The notes below the pieces were generated by a model that saw only the letters and a program-made list of their open reading frames with translations, ran no database searches and was not told the DNA's origin. This document shows, in pieces, positions 58,204-64,000 of a stretch of DNA of 64,000 bases. Every line of letters starts with the position of its first letter. Position 1 is the stretch's first letter. Source of the DNA: Nannocystis bainbridge (lineage in GTDB: Bacteria > Myxococcota_A > Polyangia > Nannocystales > Nannocystaceae); NCBI RefSeq assembly GCF_028368995.1, contig NZ_JAQNDL010000001.1, forward strand, positions 2,368,001 through 2,432,000, written 5' to 3'. The position numbers and the translations under genes are program-made.

Positions 58204-60312
58204 TCACTTGGCCGGAGCCGGAGCCGGGGCCGGGGCCGGGGTCGGCGCCTTGGCCGGCGCGCCGCCCTTGGCCGCGGCGTCCTTCTCCTTCTTCTGCGTC
58301 GCCTCGAAGCCGCCGTTCAGCTCCTCCTCGAGCACGCTCTTGAAGCGCTCGATCGGCTGCGCGCCGCTCATGAGGCGGCCGTTGATGAGGAAGCCGGGCG
58401 CGCCGCGGACCTCCATCTTGCCGCACTCCGCCATGTCGTCCTTGACGCGCTGGGCGGTCCCGGCGTCGTTGTAGTCGCGCTCGAACTTGACCAGGTCGAG
58501 CCCCAGCTGGGTCGCGAACGCCTTGAAGTCCTCGTCGGACCGCTTGGTCTTGTCGGCGAACAGCAGGTCGTGCATCTCCCAGAACTTGCCCTGGTTCTGC
58601 GCGGCGACGCCGGCGCGGTGGGCCGGCTCGGCCATCTTGTGCATCGGCAGCGGGTAGTTGCGGAAGTAGATCGCAACCTTGTCGCCGTAGTCCTTGACGA
58701 TCTGCGCCACGGTGTCGGCGCCGCGCTTGCAGAACGGGCAGTCGAAGTCCGAGCACTCGACGATCGTGATCTTCGGGTTCTTGAGGTTGCCCTTGCCGGC
58801 GAGGCCCTTGGTCGCGACCTCGCGGCGCTTGAAGTCGGCCGGCGGCGGCGCCGGCGGGATCTTCAGCTCGGTCTCGAAGCCCTTGATCATCTCCTCGTAC
58901 AGCTTGTCCTTGGCCGGCTTCTTCTCGGCCAGGAACTTCTCGGCCTTGACCTTCTCCTCGTCGATCAGCTTCTGGAACGCCTCGAACGGCTGCGCGCCCG
59001 AGAGGTGGCGGCCGTTGACGTAGAACGCCGGCGTGCCGTTCGAGCCGAACTTCTGCGCGGTCTGCTCGTCCTCCTTGATCATCTGCTCGAGCTTCGGGTC
59101 GGCCAGGTCCTTCTTCCACTGGTCGAAGTTGAGGCCGGCGATCTGGCGCGCGTAGCCCTCGAAGTCGGCGTCGCTGAGCGCCTTCTGGTTGGCGAACAGG
59201 AGGTCGTGCATCTCCCAGAACTTGCCCTGCTGGCCGGCGGCCAGCGAGGCCTTGGCGGCCGGGCGGGCGCGGTCGTGGAAGCCGAGCGGCAGCTGGCGGA
59301 ACACGACGCGCACGTCGTTGGGGTACTTCTCCTTGATCTGCTTGAGCGTCGGCGTGACGCGGTTGCAGAACGGGCACTGGAAGTCGCTGAACTCGATCAC
59401 CGTGACCAGCGCGTCGGCCGGGCCGAACGCCGGGCGGTTGTCGGCCGGCACCGCGTAGTTGGCGGCCGGGTCGGGCTCGCCGACCTTGGGCTTGTTCTCG
59501 GGCGGCGGCTCCTTCCGCTCGTCCTTGGCGGCCTTCATGATGCGCGCGTAGATCTCGCTGCGCTTGCTGCCGTCCTTGACCAGCTGCTCGGCCGCGGCCT
59601 TCTCCTCGTCGACCAGCTTCTTCAGGCCGTCGATCGTGCGCGGCGCGCCGCGCTGCCACTTGCCGTTGATGAAGAAGCTCGGGGTGCCGCGCACGCCGAA
59701 CTTCTTGCCGAGCGCCAGATCCTCGTTGACCTGCGCCTGGTAGGTCTTGGCGTCGAGCGTGGCCTTGAACTTGGCCATGTCGAGCTTCAGCTCCTCGGCG
59801 TACTTCTCGACGTCGGCGCGCGTCATCGCCTTCTGGTTCTTGAAGAGGATGTCGTGCATCTCCCAGAACTTGCCCTGCTCACCGGCCGCCAGCGCCGCCT
59901 CCGAGCCCATCGCCGCGTCCTTGTGCATCGGCAGCGGGTACTGCTTGAACACCACGCGCACGTCGTTGGCGTACGCGGGGTCCTTGATCAGCTCGTTCAG
60001 CATGTCCGTGAACTTCGAGCAGAACGGGCACTGGAAGTCGCTGAACTCGATGATCGTGACCAGCGGGTCGGCGGCGCCCTTGACCTGGTCCTTGTCGCCG
60101 TAGGTGACGCGGAACCGCTCGCCCTGGATCTTGGCGTTCAGCGAGTCGTCGACCTGGTCCATGGTGACCAGCCCGCCGGAGGCGGCGGCGGCCGGACCGG
60201 CGGCCGCGGCTTCTTCCTTCTTGCCGCCGCGGTTGCCGGTGCAACCAGTGAGAGGAGAAGCGGCCAGGGCGAGCGCCGAGACCAGGAACACGGGGAGGCT
60301 GATGCGTTTCAT
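58204..60312 (-). CDS. DsbA-family lipoprotein with three thioredoxin-fold domains
   Basis: ATG 60312; lipobox LTGC; three CPFC motifs with GTP/GTP/GAP loops. Confidence 0.9.
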   Translation of the reverse strand: MKRISLPVFLVSALALAASPLTGCTGNRGGKKEEAAAAGPAAAASGGLVTMDQVDDSLNAKIQGERFRVTYGDKDQVKGAADPLVTIIEFSDFQCPFCSKFTDMLNELIKDPAYANDVRVVFKQYPLPMHKDAAMGSEAALAAGEQGKFWEMHDILFKNQKAMTRADVEKYAEELKLDMAKFKATLDAKTYQAQVNEDLALGKKFGVRGTPSFFINGKWQRGAPRTIDGLKKLVDEEKAAAEQLVKDGSKRSEIYARIMKAAKDERKEPPPENKPKVGEPDPAANYAVPADNRPAFGPADALVTVIEFSDFQCPFCNRVTPTLKQIKEKYPNDVRVVFRQLPLGFHDRARPAAKASLAAGQQGKFWEMHDLLFANQKALSDADFEGYARQIAGLNFDQWKKDLADPKLEQMIKEDEQTAQKFGSNGTPAFYVNGRHLSGAQPFEAFQKLIDEEKVKAEKFLAEKKPAKDKLYEEMIKGFETELKIPPAPPPADFKRREVATKGLAGKGNLKNPKITIVECSDFDCPFCKRGADTVAQIVKDYGDKVAIYFRNYPLPMHKMAEPAHRAGVAAQNQGKFWEMHDLLFADKTKRSDEDFKAFATQLGLDLVKFERDYNDAGTAQRVKDDMAECGKMEVRGAPGFLINGRLMSGAQPIERFKSVLEEELNGGFEATQKKEKDAAAKGGAPAKAPTPAPAPAPAPAK

Positions 60313-60393
60313 GGGGCTCTGTGTCTGTAGTTTGCTGGGTGGTTGAAAGAACATGTCACAAAAACCATGTCCAAAAGGACATGTGGGGAGTCG

Positions 60394-61830
60394 TCACTGG
60401 TGGAGATCGGCGCTCGGGAACTGGTTGGGAGGGATCGCCTCCGCTTCCAGGATCGTGCGCACGACGGTCTCGCGGGCGGCGCCGGCGGCGATCCGCTCCT
60501 GGGCGTGCGCGAGCTCGGTCGCGACGTCGGCGGCGAGCGCCTCGGCGCCGCGAAAGCCGTCGACATAGCGACCGTTGAGGAAGATCGCCGGGGTGGCGTC
60601 GAGCCCGAGCCTGCGGGCGTATACGAGGTCGTCGCGGACGACCTGGGCGACCTCGGCGCTGTCGAGGTCGGCGAGGAAGCGGGCCTCGTCGAGGCCGAGC
60701 TCGCGGGCGATCGCCGCGTAGGTGCGGCGGCCGAGCCGGGGCGCGGTGAACAGCTTGTCGGCGAAGTCCCAGAAGCGGTTCTGGCGGTCGGCGGCGACCA
60801 CCGCCCGGGCGGCGCTGTCGGCCCCGGGGTGGATCGGCAGCGGCAGCTGGCGGTAGGCGATCCGGACGTCGTCCGGATAGCGCCGCCGCAGCTCGGCGAT
60901 GCCCTCGGTCGCGGCCTTGCGACAATACGGGCACTCGAAGTCCATGAACGCGACCAGCAGCACCGGCGCGTCGGCGGGCCCGAGCGTCGGCGCGACGCCG
61001 GCGTCGACGGCATAGCGCTTGCCCGCCTCGGCCCGCTGCGGAGGCGGCGCCTCGGCGGCCTTGAACCGCTCGGCGAGCAGCCGCCGCTGCTGCGCCGTGG
61101 CGTCGTCGACCGCCAGCGGAGCGGTCACCGCCGCGTCCATGACGGCGCCATAGAGGTCGGCGCGGGCGGTGCCCTCGCGCAGGCGCGCCTGGGCGGCGAC
61201 GATCTCCTCGTCGATCAGCGCGTGCCAGGCCGCCTCGTCGCGGAAGCCGATCAGCGGCCGGCCGTTCACCAGCGCCACCGGGCTGAAGTAAATCCCGAGC
61301 TCCACCGCCTGGCGGCGATGGCGGATCCGCGTGCCCGAATAGACCCCCGCGTCGAGGTCGTCGAGGAAGCGCGGCACGTCGAGCCCGAGCGCCTCGGCGT
61401 CCGCCTTGAGCGCCGCGCGGTCGAACTTCAGCGTGTCGTAGAGCCGGCGGTGCATCGGCCAGAACTGGCCCTGCGCCCCGGCGGCCAGCGCGGCCTCGGC
61501 GGCCCGCTCGCCGTCGGCGAAGCCGGGCAAGGTCTGGCTGCGGAACACCACCCGCAAGTCGTCGCCGTAGTCCTCGACCAGGTGATCGAGGACCTTCCAC
61601 GTGCGCGCGCACGGCGGGCAGGCGTAGTCGGAGAAGACGACGATCGTGACGAGCGGCTCGGCGCCGCCGAGCGCGTGCTCGTCAGGGTCGAGGTCGACGC
61701 GGTAGCGCTGCGACGGCGCGGCGACCGGCGCGGCGGATGATTCAGGAGCGCTCGGGGAGCACTCGCAGGCTGCGTTGCTCAGCGCCAGGCCGAAGGCGAC
61801 CTGACCGAGCCAGAGATGTGGGACACGCAT
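60394..61830 (-). CDS. Divergent DsbA-family protein with two domains
   Basis: ATG 61830; SDYACPPC and MDFECPYC with FSP/ATP loops. Confidence 0.85.
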   Translation of the reverse strand: MRVPHLWLGQVAFGLALSNAACECSPSAPESSAAPVAAPSQRYRVDLDPDEHALGGAEPLVTIVVFSDYACPPCARTWKVLDHLVEDYGDDLRVVFRSQTLPGFADGERAAEAALAAGAQGQFWPMHRRLYDTLKFDRAALKADAEALGLDVPRFLDDLDAGVYSGTRIRHRRQAVELGIYFSPVALVNGRPLIGFRDEAAWHALIDEEIVAAQARLREGTARADLYGAVMDAAVTAPLAVDDATAQQRRLLAERFKAAEAPPPQRAEAGKRYAVDAGVAPTLGPADAPVLLVAFMDFECPYCRKAATEGIAELRRRYPDDVRIAYRQLPLPIHPGADSAARAVVAADRQNRFWDFADKLFTAPRLGRRTYAAIARELGLDEARFLADLDSAEVAQVVRDDLVYARRLGLDATPAIFLNGRYVDGFRGAEALAADVATELAHAQERIAAGAARETVVRTILEAEAIPPNQFPSADLHQ

Positions 61831-61956
61831 GAGGGGACCGTCTCGAACACCCGGAGGGCGCCGCCGAGGCGCGCAGCGCCGGCTCCCGCGTGCAGGTGCA
61901 CGAGGCACCTGCAGCCTCTCGGGCGCGACCCAAAGCCTCCGGCCGACCCGAGCGGA

Positions 61957-62490
61957 CTACACGGGCGCGACGCGAGGCGGGGGTGCTTCGGGACAGGTCG
62001 TTCGGGACAGCAGCGGCGGGTCGTCGCGCGGGCGCGCGGCCGTGAGCGCCACGCGCTGCGGCGACCACTCGTCGCGCAGGAGCGCGGCGACCGCGGCACT
62101 CGAGGGCCCGAGCAGGTCGGGCGGGGCCCGCGGCGGCAGACCGCCGCGCTGGAGCTTGCCGCAGGTCTCGTCGGTCGGGTCGCACACGGCCCGCTTGAAC
62201 AGCACCTCGAGCAGGCGCGAACAGGAGCCGCGCGACAGCTTGAGGACCGACGGGTCGACGACCAGGTCGGCCAGGAGATCGCCGCCGCACAGGACCTCGG
62301 CGTCCGGGTCGTCCTCGTCGCCGCAGAATTCCGCGGCGCCGAGCAGCTCGACCAGCCGCAGGTGAATGTCGCTGCGCAGGTCGGGGGTGCCCGGAACCGC
62401 GGCCTCCGCGCTCGATGCGGCCACGGCCGCGCCCAGCCAAAGGCTGAGCACGACGAGGCAGCGCAAGAAGCTGGCGAACACGGCAGGCAC
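61957..62490 (-). CDS. Hypothetical exported protein
   Basis: GTG 62490, signal-like N-terminus, several Cys, ends PPPRVAPV. Confidence 0.5.
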   Translation of the reverse strand: MPAVFASFLRCLVVLSLWLGAAVAASSAEAAVPGTPDLRSDIHLRLVELLGAAEFCGDEDDPDAEVLCGGDLLADLVVDPSVLKLSRGSCSRLLEVLFKRAVCDPTDETCGKLQRGGLPPRAPPDLLGPSSAAVAALLRDEWSPQRVALTAARPRDDPPLLSRTTCPEAPPPRVAPV

Positions 62491-62503
62491 GGAGGGCGGC
62501 GAA

Positions 62504-62532
62504 ACGTTAGGCGGGTTTTGTAAACTGCGCAA
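62504..62532 (-). promoter_or_regulatory. Sigma-70-like promoter for the hypothetical-DsbA cluster
   Basis: Minus strand TTGCGC-N17-TAACGT. Confidence 0.45.
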
Positions 62533-62632
62533 GCCGCCATCCATTCCCGCCCGTGCGCCCGACCACGAACAGCGGTCGCCAGGGGCCGCTGGCCTGGTGG
62601 CGCCCCCGCGGACCGGCGTCGGACCCAAAGCA

Positions 62633-62665
62633 CGAAGCCCTGTCACCGGGGGTGACAGGGCTTCG
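62633..62665 (-). terminator. Hairpin terminator after tRNA-Gly
   Basis: CGAAGCCCTGTCACC-GGG-GGTGACAGGGCTTCG, a perfect 15-bp stem. Confidence 0.75.
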
Positions 62666-62673
62666 ATTTTCTG

Positions 62674-62746
<73 letters not shown>

Positions 62747-62829
62747 AGGATCGTGCAGAACAACGTCCGAAGACGGAACCCTGCCGGTTGGTTCAGGTTT
62801 TTGCCCCGCGCCGTGACGAGGGGAGGCGG

Positions 62830-62857
62830 AGAATATACGAGCCCCATGGAGTGTCAA
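62830..62857 (-). promoter_or_regulatory. Sigma-70 promoter for tRNA-Gly
   Basis: Minus strand TTGACA-N16-TATTCT. Confidence 0.6.
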
Positions 62858-63057
62858 GCCCCCTTCGACACGTTCGCGCAAAACCTTGCAGAGGCGCCTG
62901 GACCGCTCGTGCGCGCGAGATCTGGGGGTTCGGGGGTCCGCGGCAGGGGGCGCGCCGTGTTCGTGCAGGAGCTCACAAGTGCGCGGGTGATGCAGCTTGA
63001 CGCCGTCCCGAGGGATCGAGTACACACGCTCGCCCCGGGCCCCCAAGTCCGGGTCAT

Positions 63058-63130
63058 TCCGACATAGCTCAGTCGGTAGAGCAGCGGACTGTTAATCCGC
63101 GGGTCGTAGGTTCGAGTCCTACTGTCGGAG
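63058..63130 (+). tRNA. tRNA-Asn (GTT)
   Basis: TCCGACATAGCTCAGTCGGTAGAGCAGCGGACTGTTAATCCGCGGGTCGTAGGTTCGAGTCCTACTGTCGGAG, 73 nt. Confidence 0.97.
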
Positions 63131-63136
63131 CCCAGC

Positions 63137-63171
63137 AAAACCCCTCCAGCGCGCGCGCCGGAGGGGTTTTT
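63137..63171. terminator. Bidirectional intrinsic terminator
   Basis: AAAACCCCTCC...GGAGGGGTTTTT between tRNA-Asn and the convergent CDS. Confidence 0.85.
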
Positions 63172-63195
63172 CCTTTGGGTCGCGCGGGCGACGGG

Positions 63196-63999
63196 TCAGC
63201 GCCGGCGCCGGCGCGCGAGCCCGAGGAGGCCGACCAGCGACATGGCCCACAGGCCAGGCCCGCCCTGCCCCGCCGCGCAGGCGCAGCCCTCGGCCGCGCC
63301 CTCGTCACCGCCGACCGCGGGCAACGCCTCGTCCGGGGTCGCGGTGACGACCTTGTCGTGGACCCGCGGGTTGCCGAACGCGTCGTAGGCGACGAGCACG
63401 AAGTTGTAGGTCTTGCCGTTCTCGAGCCCCGCGATGGCCACGCTTTCGCTGCTGAACGGGATGTGATCGCTGCACACGTGGTCCCAGTCGAGCGCGTGCA
63501 GGCCGGCGCTGACCCGCAGCCCGCAGCCCGCGTCGCACAGGCCCGCGGGGCCGTTGTCGTCGCCGTCGTCGCAGGCCTCGCCGGCCTCGACCACGCCGTT
63601 GCCGCAGACGCCCGGGTCCTCGACGCCCTGCCCGGCGATCTTCACGGTCGAGAACGGCTCGGCGCCGCACAGGTTGCCGGCGGTGAAGTAGTGGGTGCCG
63701 CTCGGGAGATCGAGCAGGTCGGGCGTCGCCTTGTCGAGGCCGAGCGAGGCGCCGCTGTCCGCCTCCTCGCACAGGACGCGGAAGCCCGCGATGTCGCCGG
63801 CGCCCGGCACTTCCCAGTGGAGCTCGACGCCGCCGCTGCCCGGCTCGGCGGTGAGGCCTGTGACCTTCATCAGCGGCGGCGAGAAGTCGTACGCCAGCGT
63901 CGGAATGTCGGACAGCTTGGAGAGCGCGTTGTCCGGCCCGTAGAAGAAGTCCTGCGCTTGGCACCCCGCGATGGCGTTCTCGTTGGGCGAGCACAGCCA
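63196..63999 (-). CDS. MYXO-CTERM surface protein with an FN3-like domain and cysteine-rich repeat (5' end outside the window)
   Basis: Frame is open to the window edge; VTGLTAEPG...LHW, CGNGVVEAGEACDDG, GLENGKTYNF; tail GCAC...LVGLLGLARRRRR. Confidence 0.8.
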   Translation of the reverse strand, partial: WLCSPNENAIAGCQAQDFFYGPDNALSKLSDIPTLAYDFSPPLMKVTGLTAEPGSGGVELHWEVPGAGDIAGFRVLCEEADSGASLGLDKATPDLLDLPSGTHYFTAGNLCGAEPFSTVKIAGQGVEDPGVCGNGVVEAGEACDDGDDNGPAGLCDAGCGLRVSAGLHALDWDHVCSDHIPFSSESVAIAGLENGKTYNFVLVAYDAFGNPRVHDKVVTATPDEALPAVGGDEGAAEGCACAAGQGGPGLWAMSLVGLLGLARRRRR

Positions 64000-64000
64000 C

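Overview
Very GC-rich myxobacterial DNA; the Thr/Ser-rich lipoproteins, cysteine-rich repeats and MYXO-CTERM tails suggest a Nannocystis-like organism (inference). Left to right: (1) a complete retron locus on the minus strand, with a WGR plus helical-repeat protein, a SWIM zinc-finger protein, an msr/msd ncRNA (perfect 18-bp a1/a2 inverted repeat and a ~114-nt msd hairpin) and a YADD reverse transcriptase, followed by NnrU-like and TPR genes; (2) secreted lipoproteins, a 17-aa micro-ORF, an Oar-like TonB-dependent receptor, murI and an acyl-CoA dehydrogenase; (3) a ~26-kb minus-strand respiratory supercluster: heme O synthase, two SCO proteins, cytochrome c, alternative complex III (actA-F), an A2-type caa3-like oxidase, moaA and a System I* cytochrome c maturation set with CxxxY-type CcmE; (4) a hydrolase, a zinc-finger rhomboid, two Ser/Thr kinases, a DUF2330-like MYXO-CTERM protein, a TlpA plus three multi-domain DsbA genes, tRNA-Gly(GCC), tRNA-Asn(GTT) and a partial MYXO-CTERM gene. 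The strongest unexplained signal is a dispersed motif (approx. GGACAKGTCC plus 4 nt) recurring at exactly 14-bp spacing at about 20 loci. It occurs inside genes, where it coincides with rare A/T-ending codons, and in intergenic arrays, including a 70-bp (5 x 14) higher-order tandem repeat. All calls come from reading the sequence; no searches were run.
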